From: an uncultured Gemmatimonadales bacterium
GTDB lineage: Bacteria; Gemmatimonadota; Gemmatimonadetes; Gemmatimonadales; GWC2-71-9
Assembly (NCBI GenBank): GCA_963779755.1
Contig: CAVZZO010000003.1
Coordinates: 1,056,001-1,120,000 of the forward strand
Length of the DNA stretch: 64,000 bases
Direction: 5' to 3'
The position numbers and the translations under genes are program-made. The notes beneath the pieces were generated by a model, which was given only the letters and a program-made list of their open reading frames with translations, was not told the origin of the DNA and did no database searches. This document shows, piece by piece, positions 29,536 to 39,715 of this stretch; position 1 is the first letter of the stretch, and each line of letters opens with the position of its first letter.

Positions 29536-31220
29536 TCGGGTGCCCTCGCCTGTTGCAGAGTCGGGGTGGATACCATCACGACGACCGCGCCGCCGCCCAC
29601 CGTGCCGGGAAACACGGCCGCCTTCCGGTAATGGGTCTGCAGGCGCTGCCACAGCTCCGGCGCCACCGCCTGCAGCCGGATGGGGAAAGTGTAAAGCACC
29701 CAGGTGCGGCGGTGCCCCGCTTCGACCGCCAGCAGGCCCGCGATGCTGTCCACCTCGGTCCAGGGCCGGCGGTCGTATTCCCGGTAGGGATACCGGGTGA
29801 GATCGACCGTCACCACGGCATCGTCCGGCCCGGCGGCGCGGTCGATGTACCGTCCGGCTCCCGCGAAATCCTGCTTGGGGTGCCAGGCCCGGGGCACCGT
29901 GGCGGCGCTGGCCGCGATCACCAGGACCGCCGCCGCCGGGATCAGGCGCCGGGCCGGCACCGGCAGCAGCAACTCCCCCAGCCGGAATCCGCCGCGCATC
30001 GCGATCAGCACCGCAAAGCCGGCGCTGAAAAAGAAGAACCTGGGCCACAGGTTGTGGTGCAGGGCGACGATCGCGGCTGCGCTCAGGAACCCGGGCACCA
30101 GCATCACACCGGTCACCGCCCGGCTCTGCCGCCAGTAGCTCAGCAGACCGGCGCCCGTGACCAGCCCCGCGACCACCAGCGTGAGCCAGCCCCCCGGCAC
30201 ACCGCGCGCCAGGCCGCGCAGGGCTTCCGCGGCAAACCAGGAGGCGCTCTGCCACTCCGTGCCGGCGGCCGCCCTCGGAGGATGGACCACCGTCCCGAAG
30301 ACCTGGGGCAGCACCAGGGCATACAGCAGCAGCGAGAACGATGCCGACAGAAGAATGCCGGCCAGGGGCGCCCACGCCCGGCGGGGCGCCACACGGCGCG
30401 CGGGCAGCAGCACCGCCAGGACCAGCAGATGCGCGACCACCACCAGAACGGCGGTAATATGAGTGTACGCGGCCAGCGCCATGCAGGCGCCGTACAGGGC
30501 CGCGAGACGCCCCATGCCCCGCTCGCCGCCGCGCAGCAACCGCAGGAAGACGGCACTGCCCAGCAGCGTCCACAACAGCAGGCCGGTGTAGCCCCGGGCA
30601 TTCTGGCTGAACCAGACGTGATGATACGAGAAGGTCAGCAACCCGACCGCCAGCAGGGTTTCGACACCGCCCGTGACCAGGCGACCGAACCGGTACAGCG
30701 CCCAGAGGCTCGCTACTCCAAAGAGCGCGGCGGGCAGCCGGAGTGCCCAGGCGCTCTCGCCGAAAGCCCGGACCGCGCCCGCGGCAAAGAGCGAGTAGAG
30801 CAGATGCTGGTTCTGGCTGTCGTAGGTCGTGAGGACCCGGCCGAAAGGCAGGCGGACATAGTCCACCAGCGTCTGGATCTCGTCGAACCAGAGCCCCGCC
30901 CCGAGGTGGTTGAGGCGGATCGCAAGCCCGGCCGCCAGGAGCGCGCCCAGCACCGCCGTTTCCCATCGGGTGGAGCCACGCGCCGGCCGCAGCTCGTGGT
31001 CCTCCAGCAGGGGAGCGGATGGGTGCTGGCCCCAGCGCCGGCTCCAGGCCAGGAGGCCCGCGTGCAGCAGCAGCATGGCCTTGAGACACCAGACGCCCGC
31101 GACTACCTGACCCAGCAGAGGGGACCCCGCACCGGCCAGCCCCGTCGCCAGGCTCCGGACCGGCAGCAGCACGGCCACGGCGGCGAGGAGCAGGGCCGTC
31201 AGATAGGGGGGTCGGCGCAT
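29532..31220 (-). CDS. GT-C glycosyltransferase (PMT/ArnT-like)
   Basis: IRLNHLGAGLWFDE, WALRLPAALFG, HVWFSQNARGY, many TM segments. Confidence 0.82.
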   Translation of the reverse strand: MRRPPYLTALLLAAVAVLLPVRSLATGLAGAGSPLLGQVVAGVWCLKAMLLLHAGLLAWSRRWGQHPSAPLLEDHELRPARGSTRWETAVLGALLAAGLAIRLNHLGAGLWFDEIQTLVDYVRLPFGRVLTTYDSQNQHLLYSLFAAGAVRAFGESAWALRLPAALFGVASLWALYRFGRLVTGGVETLLAVGLLTFSYHHVWFSQNARGYTGLLLWTLLGSAVFLRLLRGGERGMGRLAALYGACMALAAYTHITAVLVVVAHLLVLAVLLPARRVAPRRAWAPLAGILLSASFSLLLYALVLPQVFGTVVHPPRAAAGTEWQSASWFAAEALRGLARGVPGGWLTLVVAGLVTGAGLLSYWRQSRAVTGVMLVPGFLSAAAIVALHHNLWPRFFFFSAGFAVLIAMRGGFRLGELLLPVPARRLIPAAAVLVIAASAATVPRAWHPKQDFAGAGRYIDRAAGPDDAVVTVDLTRYPYREYDRRPWTEVDSIAGLLAVEAGHRRTWVLYTFPIRLQAVAPELWQRLQTHYRKAAVFPGTVGGGAVVVMVSTPTLQQARAPE

Positions 31221-31424
31221 CCGGTAATCTTCATATCCGAAAAGGACATAGGTTGTCGAGCAATGTCCGTTCCATTGCCCGGGCCATGCAGAAACCGGGG
31301 GTAGCCTGCTTCAGGTGTTGACGGAATGCAACATAGCGGGCAATCTCCCCCACGTCAGCAGCCGGGAAGGCATCTAGCACTCATCCTGCAGCCGGGCAGG
31401 CCAACCTCTTCGGGGATCCAGCTT

Positions 31425-33218
31425 GTGACCACCACCGCCACACCGCCGCAACCGGCTCCTGCCGGGCAACCCGGGACGACCCGGCCACGGGGAGCCTTCT
31501 GGGCCCCGGTCCTGCTGGCGGGGGCCGGATGGCTCGCGCTGGTGATGGTTCTGCAGGCGCGGAACCCCCGCCTGGTTCCCTCCTGGCACGGCTTCCTGCA
31601 CTCGGCCATCGTGGAGCGTTTCCCGGCTTCCGGCCTGGTTCCGGAGAATCCGTTCTACGCCGGCGAGGGGCTTCACTACTACTGGTTCTATCACTGGATC
31701 GGGGCCGGGCTGGCCCGCGCCCTGAACCTGGACCCTCTGACGGCGCTCCGTTGGCTCAGCCTGGGAGCGCTGGTGCTGCTGGTCCTCGGAGCGGCGCTGA
31801 TCGGGCGCCGGATCTACCGGTCCACCTGGGCGGGTCTGGCGATCGGGCTGTTCGCGATCGCCGGAATGAACCCGCTGGGACCGGTAATCGCGGCCGGGCG
31901 GCATTTCATTCAGCACCGGCCCCTGGCGGAGTGGCACGGAGCCCGCGCCCCGGTGGAGACGGTCTTCGTCTCTGACGCGCTTGCCGACACGCTGATGAGC
32001 CGCCCGGCACTGCCTGCGATGTACCTCGGCGCCGACTGGCGCAACGGGCAGAATCTGGTCTGGTTCTTCGATATTTCATCCCGCGCCCTGGGGCTGGCCG
32101 CGCTCGTGCTTCTTCTGGCCTTGCTGGTCAGGCCTGAGCCCGGCGCCGGCGGGCTCGCCGCGCTGGCCGGCGCGACCGCCCTCACCACCGCGCTGAATCC
32201 CATAGTGGGCCTGGCGGGGGCCGGCCTGCTCGGGGCATCACTTCTCGCCCTCGGCTGGCGATTCCACCGGCCGGCCCCGGCGTCCCGCGCGATGCCGCGC
32301 GAGGCGCTCTGGAAAACCGCCGCCCTCGCCGCGGGAGTCCTGGGTGCGTTACCGACCTATATGGTTCTCCTGCGCCACTCGGGCGGAGCGGGCGGCCTGT
32401 CCAATCCGGCTCAAGTGCAGCTCAAGATCCTCGCCCTGGGAGCCGGCGCCCTGGTCCTCGTTCCACTGGCGCTCCTGGGAGCGCGGGCAACCCGCAATGC
32501 ATCCTCGCTCAGCGTGCACGCCGTTGCCCTCGCGGGCCTCGGCCTGCTGGCGGCGGCGGTCGCGATCCACCTGGAGAAGGGTAACGAGCACAACCTGGTC
32601 AATGCCGCCGCGGTGCTGCTCGCGGTGCCAGCGGCCGGGTGGCTGGTGCAGCGCCTCGACGGGAGTTCCCGCCCACCCGCCGTGGGCCGGCGGCGAGTAT
32701 TGCTCGCCGCGCTCCTGTTCCTCCCGGTGACGGCCGGCACCTGGTGGAGTTTTGACGGCCGCCCTGGCCTGCCGCTGCGCACCGCGGGAGGGCGGCTCCT
32801 GCGGGAACCGCCCGGCCACCCGCTGGCGCGCTTCTACGACTGGACCGTCCGACACACCGACCCGCACGCCGTGTTTCTGGTGGACCCCTCGCAGCCGGTC
32901 AAGATGTCGGGCAATGTGATGGAATTGCCCGCCTTCACCGGGCGGGAGATCTACGTGGGGCAATTGAACTACATGTCGAGTTCCTACCCGGACGTCCGCG
33001 CCCGGATGCAGTTGGCCCGCAAGGCCGAGGCGGGATTCCCGCTGGATGAACGGGACCTGGCCGGATTGCGGCGGCTCGGGCGGCCCGTGTACCTGGTGAG
33101 CTATCGTGCGACCGATCCGGCTCTGGCCGGACAGCTACGGGCGGCCTATGGCGCACCGGTCTTTGCGGACGGCTTTGTCGCAGTCTTTTCAGTGGTGCAA
33201 TCGTTGGCAGGGCACTGA
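31425..33218 (+). CDS. Polytopic membrane protein, possible GT-C fold
   Basis: PENPFYAGEGLHYYWFYH loop, many TM segments, soluble C-terminal domain; start uncertain (ORF from 31326). Confidence 0.55.
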   Translation: MTTTATPPQPAPAGQPGTTRPRGAFWAPVLLAGAGWLALVMVLQARNPRLVPSWHGFLHSAIVERFPASGLVPENPFYAGEGLHYYWFYHWIGAGLARALNLDPLTALRWLSLGALVLLVLGAALIGRRIYRSTWAGLAIGLFAIAGMNPLGPVIAAGRHFIQHRPLAEWHGARAPVETVFVSDALADTLMSRPALPAMYLGADWRNGQNLVWFFDISSRALGLAALVLLLALLVRPEPGAGGLAALAGATALTTALNPIVGLAGAGLLGASLLALGWRFHRPAPASRAMPREALWKTAALAAGVLGALPTYMVLLRHSGGAGGLSNPAQVQLKILALGAGALVLVPLALLGARATRNASSLSVHAVALAGLGLLAAAVAIHLEKGNEHNLVNAAAVLLAVPAAGWLVQRLDGSSRPPAVGRRRVLLAALLFLPVTAGTWWSFDGRPGLPLRTAGGRLLREPPGHPLARFYDWTVRHTDPHAVFLVDPSQPVKMSGNVMELPAFTGREIYVGQLNYMSSSYPDVRARMQLARKAEAGFPLDERDLAGLRRLGRPVYLVSYRATDPALAGQLRAAYGAPVFADGFVAVFSVVQSLAGH

Positions 33219-33314
33219 CGAGCCTTCCGCGTCTTCCGCGCGACTTGCGAGCAGTGCACCGGATCCTCATCTTGGGTGCCCGGCTCGTTCCCAATCCCAG
33301 GAGGAGAAATGCAT

Positions 33315-33959
33315 ATGCGCCCCCTGATTCCCTGCCTGCTGGCGGTCGGAGCCGTTCTGGCGTGCTCCGACAATGCGCCCACCCGCCCCGCCGACGCACC
33401 AATGGCCGCCCTCGCCAGCCTCCCGGCTCCGGGACAGGCGATCCCCACCGGCGAGCGTATTCATGGACAGAGCGTGCTCGAGGCGGTCTACGACGCCGAG
33501 CATGCCGGCGCGATCGGCTTCGTCAGTACGCCGATACACGCTCCGATGCACGCCAACGAGAAGGCCTGGGCGCCGATCTACATCGTCGTCTATCCCACGA
33601 ATTCCAGCGTGACGGGGACGCTGCTGTGCGAGGATATCCCGGCGGAGAACTGCCCCGACCACGGACCGGCGATCGCGGGGCTCGCACAGCAGATGCAGCC
33701 CGGAGTGTATGGAGGCGGGGTGCGGGGCCATGATCACCTGATGGATTACCCCGGAGGCGACGAGTTCAATGTTGCCTGGGAGCCCATCGTGGTGCTGTTC
33801 ACCAACAGCGCGGCCGCGAATCAGCACGTCCTGACGGACGCCCAGATCGATGCGATGGTGCAGAGCGGCGACGCGATCGAGATCCCGCTGCCTTCGGCCA
33901 CCTTCCATTGCGCGGCGGTAGCCCCGGCGCTGTGGAAGCGGTCGACGCCGATCAGCTGA
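33315..33959 (+). CDS. Putative lipoprotein, His/Cys-rich
   Basis: AGGAG RBS, signal peptide ending VLAC, CPDHG, GHDHL, FHC. Confidence 0.7.
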   Translation: MRPLIPCLLAVGAVLACSDNAPTRPADAPMAALASLPAPGQAIPTGERIHGQSVLEAVYDAEHAGAIGFVSTPIHAPMHANEKAWAPIYIVVYPTNSSVTGTLLCEDIPAENCPDHGPAIAGLAQQMQPGVYGGGVRGHDHLMDYPGGDEFNVAWEPIVVLFTNSAAANQHVLTDAQIDAMVQSGDAIEIPLPSATFHCAAVAPALWKRSTPIS

Positions 33960-33966
33960 ACGGTCC

Positions 33967-33997
33967 GGTGGACCGGTGGCCATCCCACCGGTCCACC
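33967..33997. terminator. Perfect 13-bp hairpin between convergent genes
   Basis: GGTGGACCGGTGG-ccatc-CCACCGGTCCACC directly after stop 33959; no strong U-tract. Confidence 0.6.
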
Positions 33998-34045
33998 ACC
34001 GGCGCGTCCCTTCTTCCGTCCTGACATCTGGCCCGTCCGAGACGG

Positions 34046-34777
34046 CTATCCCCGGCGATACTTCCAGAAGGTCCGCGAGCCGATGAACCAGTCGCGCAGG
34101 CCGATCTTCTTCCCTTCGGAACGGGACCGCGGGAAATAGCGGATCGGCACTTCGCGGATGGTGCAGCCCCGGGCGAGCAGCCGGGCGGTGATCTCGTGGT
34201 CCAGCTCGAACCCCGAGGATCCGAGCGGCAGCGATTGCACCAGAGCGGCGGGAAACAGCTTGAGCGCGGTCACGGTGTCGGTCAGGTAGGTGCCGGTGCA
34301 TGCCAGCGCCACCAGGCTCAGGCTCTGGCCGCCCAGGTAGGCGGGCCAGCTCTGGCCGGGATACTTGCCGGCCAGCAGGTTGCGCAGCGGCCCCGCCTCC
34401 GGATGCTTCAGATAGCGGCTCCCGTAGACCGCGTCCACCCCCTTCACGCCGAGCGCGCGCAGCATGGGGAGATAGTCCGCCGGATCGTATTCCAGATCCG
34501 CGTCCTGGATGATGAGATACGTCCCGGTGGCCAGCCGGATGCCGGCGCGCACCGCGGCGCCCTTGCCGCTGTTCCGCTCCAGCCGGTGCAGCCGGACATC
34601 GGGAAACCCCGCCACGATCTCCGGGGTCCGGTCGCGGGAACAGTCGTCCACCACGACGATTTCCCGGTCCACCCCGGCCGCCCGGAGATCGAGCGCGCGG
34701 ATCCGCTCCAGCAGCGTGCCGATGAAGCGTTCCTCGTTGTAGGCCGGGATGACGATGGACAATACCGGCAGGCTCAT
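34046..34777 (-). CDS. Polyprenyl-phosphate glycosyltransferase (GT2, DPM1-like)
   Basis: IVIPAYNEE, VDDCSRD, NSGKGAAVR, IQDADLEYDP, VYGSRY, GFELDHEIT. Confidence 0.88.
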   Translation of the reverse strand: MSLPVLSIVIPAYNEERFIGTLLERIRALDLRAAGVDREIVVVDDCSRDRTPEIVAGFPDVRLHRLERNSGKGAAVRAGIRLATGTYLIIQDADLEYDPADYLPMLRALGVKGVDAVYGSRYLKHPEAGPLRNLLAGKYPGQSWPAYLGGQSLSLVALACTGTYLTDTVTALKLFPAALVQSLPLGSSGFELDHEITARLLARGCTIREVPIRYFPRSRSEGKKIGLRDWFIGSRTFWKYRRG

Positions 34778-35526
34778 GGAGCCTCCCGCATTCGCAGATA
34801 CTCCGCCACCCGTTCCAGCTCGGCGGGCGTATTGATTCCCACCGCCTCCCGGCGATCCTCCACCGCGAACGTCACCACCGGCCGGCGGCGCTGGAGCCAG
34901 GGAATGAAGGGCAGGAAGTTACGCTCGCCCGTTCCCGCGGCGGGCGCCGCCTCGGACGCATAGGCCGGCAGCAACTCCCCGTAGGTTGGCCCCCGCAGGG
35001 CGAACAATCCCATGTCGGCCTCTCCCACCGGGGGCATGCGGTCTCCCTCCCGCCGCTGCAGCACGCCGCTAATGGTCCCCTGCCCGTCGCGGGTGAAATG
35101 GATGTAGGGGTCGGGAGCCTGGATGGTGGGGAACGCCAGGGCCGGCGCGGGCGTGGCTCCCGCCGCCAGCGCCAGGCGCCGGACCGTCTCCGCCCCGACC
35201 GCCACCTGGTCGCACCAGGTGATCCAGATCTCCCCGGGCAGCGGATGCGGCAGGGCCACGCTCGCCGCCAGGATCGCATCCAGCATACCGGTGGGCTCCG
35301 GCTGCAGCGCCGGGAGGATGGATTCGCCGCGGCCGCGGGCAAAGCGGCCGAAGGCATCCCTGAATGCCGGGCTGATGACGACCACGAACCGGTCCACCAG
35401 CCCGGCGTAGCGCTCGAGGATGTGCTGCAGCATCGGTTTGCCGTTCACCGGCACCAGCATCTTGGGCAACTCGCTGCCCAGCCGGCTTCCCCGCCCCGCG
35501 GCCGGGACGATCAGGACGCGCCGCAT
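34774..35526 (-). CDS. Nucleotidyltransferase (GlmU/MobA-like NTP transferase)
   Basis: VPAAGRGSRLG..LPK, QPEPTGM, TWCDQ, GINTPAEL. Confidence 0.82.
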   Translation of the reverse strand: MRRVLIVPAAGRGSRLGSELPKMLVPVNGKPMLQHILERYAGLVDRFVVVISPAFRDAFGRFARGRGESILPALQPEPTGMLDAILAASVALPHPLPGEIWITWCDQVAVGAETVRRLALAAGATPAPALAFPTIQAPDPYIHFTRDGQGTISGVLQRREGDRMPPVGEADMGLFALRGPTYGELLPAYASEAAPAAGTGERNFLPFIPWLQRRRPVVTFAVEDRREAVGINTPAELERVAEYLRMREAP

Positions 35527-36176
35527 GCCGCCGGTCCGGAGAGAAAGCCGGCCAGCGCCGCCAGGTCCGGCAGCGCGGCCAGGAAGCGGGGGTGCCGGAG
35601 GCGCAGCCCGCTGCGGACACTCACCACCGTGGCGCCCGCGGCCAGGCCGGCGGCGATTCCGGCCTCGCTGTCTTCCACCACCAGCGCCGCCTCCGGCCCG
35701 GTTCCGCAACGGGCCAGCACCAGCCGGTAGGTTTCGGGATCGGGCTTGCCCCGGCGGATATCGTCCCCGGTCACTACCACGGGGAAGAACTCCTCCAGGC
35801 CGGCATGCCGGAGCACCCGGTCCGCGGTGGCGGAGGAGGCTCCCGTACCCAGCGCCAGCCTGCGGCCCTGCCGGCGCAGGTCGCGCAGCGTCGGCACGCT
35901 GTCGGGAAACAGCAGCGCCGACCCGGCCACCAGCACCCGCGCCCGCTCCTGCTTGAACCGGACCCAGCCGGCGCGTTCGGCATCGTCCGCCGCCAGCGAC
36001 CCGGTGATTTCCGCCACCACCTCCGCCGTCGTGCGGCCCGCGATGCTGGCGTAATCGGGGCCCCGGATGCCGATTCTGGCCCACAACTCGGAAAAGGCGC
36101 GCTCATGACACGGCGTGGTATCAACCAGGACGCCGTCCAGATCGAAGACGATCAGGCCGGACGGATCCGGGCTCAC
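35511..36176 (-). CDS. HAD-family phosphatase (beta-PGM-like)
   Basis: FDLDGVLVDT, GKPDPE, VVEDSEAG. Confidence 0.88.
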   Translation of the reverse strand: MSPDPSGLIVFDLDGVLVDTTPCHERAFSELWARIGIRGPDYASIAGRTTAEVVAEITGSLAADDAERAGWVRFKQERARVLVAGSALLFPDSVPTLRDLRRQGRRLALGTGASSATADRVLRHAGLEEFFPVVVTGDDIRRGKPDPETYRLVLARCGTGPEAALVVEDSEAGIAAGLAAGATVVSVRSGLRLRHPRFLAALPDLAALAGFLSGPAACGAS

Positions 36177-38266
36177 TTGGGCAGGCTGACGGCGCCGGGT
36201 TGGTAATCCTCGATAGCGGGCCGGACGTCGGCGCCGCTGTCGCCCGGCTCCAGCGGGGAGCCGCCCCAGCGTCCCCGGAGGATGGCCAGCAGGGATCGCA
36301 CCCCCTCGCCCACGGTGGTGCGGTGGACCTTCTCCGGGGAAATGGGGAAGTAGTAGACCGGGACCTCCAGAATCTCGGCCCGCCGCCGCAGCAACCGGGC
36401 GAGCAGCACATGATTGAACTCGCGCCGGCTCCAGATGCCCGGAAGGGAGCGCAGCCAGGAGGAGCGCACCGCTCGCACCCCGGACAGCGTGTCCGAGATA
36501 TAGCGCCCGTAGAGCAGGAGACAGGCCAGGCTCAGGAGATGGCTGCCGGCATAGCTGACGGCGGCCTTGAGACTGCGGTGGCGGTAGAGCAGACGGTAGG
36601 CCTGCCGGATATCGTTGACCGAGAGCCGGCGGCTGCCCCAGACGGCGTCGATCCGCCCGCCGGGCAGATGGTTCAGCAGCGCCACGACGTCGTCCCCCTT
36701 GTACATCCCGGAGGACTCGAAGAGCACCAGATATTCGTAGGTCCGGTCCTGCGCGATCCGGTCCAGTGCGGCGTCCGTTGTGGACCCCAGGCCGGCGAGG
36801 TTGTGCAGTCCGAAGGGCAGGGAGGCCTCGAAACCGGCATCGAACGACTCCGCCCCCTCGTAGAACACCGTGGGCACCACCGGAACGCGCTCCACCCCGG
36901 CCCGGATGATCTCGACGATGCTCTGCCCCACCTTGTTGAGCGAGCCGCCGCCCAGCAGCGCCACCGCGACGCGGGGGCGTTCGCCCCGGCGCAGGAAGGA
37001 CTTGATGAACGGCGTGAGCACACGGGACGCGTCGTGCCGGCCGGAGACGCCGTCCTCGTAGTTGCCGATGCGCACCAGCCGGGGATCCTCCAGGCTCTCC
37101 AGCCGCCCCAGCGGCACGTAGGGTGTGCTGGTCTCCGGGTGCCCCGGCTCATTGAGCAGGAAATGCGTGATGAGACAGGGCGTCGGGATGTTCACCCGGT
37201 TCTTCTCCCGCAGGTAGTACTGCGCCCGGGTAATGAGATCCACCGCGCTGCTGCCGGAAATTTCGGCGTCTTCCACCAGGTTGGTGATCAGGACCTTGAC
37301 CGCGTGGAGATTCCGGGCCACCGCCGCTCCCAGGCCGGGCGTCAGGTAGGAGGGGAAGAGGCTCGAATGCTGGGTGCCGGGTGCATAGACGATGAGGTCG
37401 GCCTCGGCCAGGCGGCGCAGCAGCTCCGGGTTGGCGGCCGGGGTGACCTCGTGCGCGCCGACGTAACGCTGCAGCTCGTGCGCCGGCCCGGCATTGAGCC
37501 GGTCGCGGTCGGCGGCCGCGGGCGGCCGGTCCAGCAGGAAGATGTCCTTCAGGTCATGGGGCCGGTCGGCGCTCACGATCTCGGCTTCGGAACCGAGCAG
37601 CCGCCCGTTCCGGTCCAGCGCCACCAGCCACGCGTTCTCGCCCTGGGTGACGTTCAGGATCAGGCCGGCGGGAAGGCCCAGCAGGGCGCAGTAATCCTCC
37701 ACCGCCGGGTTGAACCGGCGGCCGCAGTGGAGGAAGCATCCCGCGAAGACCAGATTGCCCAGACTGCAGTCGGCAAAGGCAAAGGGAAAACCGCTGCGGT
37801 CCAGCTCGGCCTGCACCAGACGCAGCCGGCTCCCCACCGCGGAACGCACGGCGGGATCGATCCCGGCCGTCATCTGGAGCATGCGGCGTCCGGCATCGTC
37901 GTCCGGCGCCGGCGCCGGGGCCGGCGCGCCGGCCAGGCCGAGAATCCGCCGCGCATCCGCCGCCTCACAGGGATCCGGCAGGCGGAAATCCAGCAGGGCG
38001 ATCAGCTGCTCATCGCAGGTCCGCAGCTCCATCGCCAGCCGGGATGCGTTCTTGCGAAAGTCCGACGGGCCCAGGCAGTCGGGCAGGAACCGGCGGATTT
38101 CGCCGGTGGAGAGCCCGTCGTCATAGCCGTTGATGGCGAGGGTCAGCACGATCCGCTCGTTCTTGAGCAGCTCGCGCGACAGCACGCCCGAGCCCCGGCC
38201 GCCGGTGAAGAGGACCACCCGCACCGGCTCCGCGGGCAGCATCGTCGCGCGGTCGGGGTGGGGCAT
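36173..38266 (-). CDS. YvcK/CofD-family protein fused to a degenerate GT2-like C-terminal domain
   Basis: VLFTGGRGSG, NGYDDGLSTG, GPSDFRK, SLGNL, ADLIVYAPGTQHSSLFP; C-terminus DAVWGSRR, YISDTLSG, ILEVPVYY. Confidence 0.78.
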   Translation of the reverse strand: MPHPDRATMLPAEPVRVVLFTGGRGSGVLSRELLKNERIVLTLAINGYDDGLSTGEIRRFLPDCLGPSDFRKNASRLAMELRTCDEQLIALLDFRLPDPCEAADARRILGLAGAPAPAPAPDDDAGRRMLQMTAGIDPAVRSAVGSRLRLVQAELDRSGFPFAFADCSLGNLVFAGCFLHCGRRFNPAVEDYCALLGLPAGLILNVTQGENAWLVALDRNGRLLGSEAEIVSADRPHDLKDIFLLDRPPAAADRDRLNAGPAHELQRYVGAHEVTPAANPELLRRLAEADLIVYAPGTQHSSLFPSYLTPGLGAAVARNLHAVKVLITNLVEDAEISGSSAVDLITRAQYYLREKNRVNIPTPCLITHFLLNEPGHPETSTPYVPLGRLESLEDPRLVRIGNYEDGVSGRHDASRVLTPFIKSFLRRGERPRVAVALLGGGSLNKVGQSIVEIIRAGVERVPVVPTVFYEGAESFDAGFEASLPFGLHNLAGLGSTTDAALDRIAQDRTYEYLVLFESSGMYKGDDVVALLNHLPGGRIDAVWGSRRLSVNDIRQAYRLLYRHRSLKAAVSYAGSHLLSLACLLLYGRYISDTLSGVRAVRSSWLRSLPGIWSRREFNHVLLARLLRRRAEILEVPVYYFPISPEKVHRTTVGEGVRSLLAILRGRWGGSPLEPGDSGADVRPAIEDYQPGAVSLPK

Positions 38267-38268
38267 GC

Positions 38269-39594
38269 TCAGCTTCCCTCCAGCGCCAGCGCGCCGGCCG
38301 GTCCGGACAGCCCGACCTCCTCCGGGGCCTGCGCGAGCCGGTGCCAGCGGGCCAGCAGCTCGCCCTGGTAGCGGAGCAGCCACAGCAGGAAGAGCAGCAG
38401 CGGCCCGGCCTTCACCAGGCTCACCGCCAGCAGGGCGGCGTGGCTCGTCAGGGGGACGTGACTTCGGAACGCCATCACCAGGATCAGGTTCTGCGCCGGC
38501 ATCAGCGCGAAGAGGCAGACCAGCAGGAGCCGCGCTCCCCTGCTCCAGCTTCGCCACTGGGCCACCAGGAAGAGCAGCGGGATGAAGAGCAGCGACAGGT
38601 AATGCTCCCAGACGACCTGGACCGCCAGCAGGCTGAGTGCGACCGCCAGGAACATATCGAGACCGCGGCGGGCGCGCGTTTCCGGAAGCAGCCGGTGGGC
38701 GCGCCAGGCCAGCCACACGATGGTGGCGGCACCCAACCCGCGCAAGCCGAGGCCGATCAGGCCGGGGAGCGGGCCGCCCTCGCCGAATACCGGCCCGGAA
38801 TCACGGATGGGGCGGAAGGCGTCGCCCAGGATGGCCAGCGAGCTGTTGAAGAACCAGGGCGAAGGCTTCCGGCTCCCCGCGATCAGGATGTCGAGAAACT
38901 GCCGGTGAATCGGCCATCCCAGCAGGAGGATGGAACCGGCGGCGGCGGCGAGAAATATCCCGGCGAGCCACAGGGCGAACCTCCGGCCCCCCAGAAAGAA
39001 CAGCAGCGCCGGAATGAACACGAAGCCCGGTTTGATCAGCACCACGAGCAGCAGGGCCAGCGCGGCCCCCGGCCATAGCCGCCGGCGGTAGGCCCGGGAC
39101 GCCGCGACCACCAGGAGAAACACGAACGGCGTCGTCTGCCCGCCCACCCGGTAGATGGTCCAGAACGGCTGGTACAGCGCGACCAGGAGCAGGATGACGA
39201 GCGCGAAGGATTGCCGGGCGTCCACCGCGTCGAGGCCGGCTGCTTCGGCGGTCTGCCGGTAGAGGCAGAACAGGCCCACGGCAAAGGCGATGGTTCCCGC
39301 CAGTTTGAACAGCACCAGCGCGACGGGAGCACTGAAGAGCGCCAGGGGGGCGTACAGCCAGGCGGAGAGTGGCGCGCCCCAGAAGGCCATGCCTCCCTGG
39401 GGAGCGGCCCCGGCGATCAGGGAACCGGGGCGATAGATCTCGCCCAATTCGCCGGCTGCGGCACGACGCCCGGTATCGTAGAAATTCGCGAAGTCCCATC
39501 CCGCCCCCGCCGGGATCAGGATCCCGATGAGGGCCGGCACGCCCAGAACGAGGAGGCCGGTGATCAGGAGCCGGCGACGGCTGATGGGCGACAT
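38269..39594 (-). CDS. GT87 (DUF2029) GT-C glycosyltransferase
   Basis: WDFANFY after TM1, GQTTPF, LIKP, NSSL, VWEHY. Confidence 0.75.
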   Translation of the reverse strand: MSPISRRRLLITGLLVLGVPALIGILIPAGAGWDFANFYDTGRRAAAGELGEIYRPGSLIAGAAPQGGMAFWGAPLSAWLYAPLALFSAPVALVLFKLAGTIAFAVGLFCLYRQTAEAAGLDAVDARQSFALVILLLVALYQPFWTIYRVGGQTTPFVFLLVVAASRAYRRRLWPGAALALLLVVLIKPGFVFIPALLFFLGGRRFALWLAGIFLAAAAGSILLLGWPIHRQFLDILIAGSRKPSPWFFNSSLAILGDAFRPIRDSGPVFGEGGPLPGLIGLGLRGLGAATIVWLAWRAHRLLPETRARRGLDMFLAVALSLLAVQVVWEHYLSLLFIPLLFLVAQWRSWSRGARLLLVCLFALMPAQNLILVMAFRSHVPLTSHAALLAVSLVKAGPLLLFLLWLLRYQGELLARWHRLAQAPEEVGLSGPAGALALEGS

Positions 39595-39715
39595 CAGGAC
39601 TGAGGCGATAATTCGGATGCCGGCCGTCTCGCCGGCCGGCGGTGCGGGAGCGCGGAGCGGAAAACCCGGCAGGCCGGGCGCCGGTTCGGAGCGGAGCGGC
39701 GCCGGACCCGGCCCC

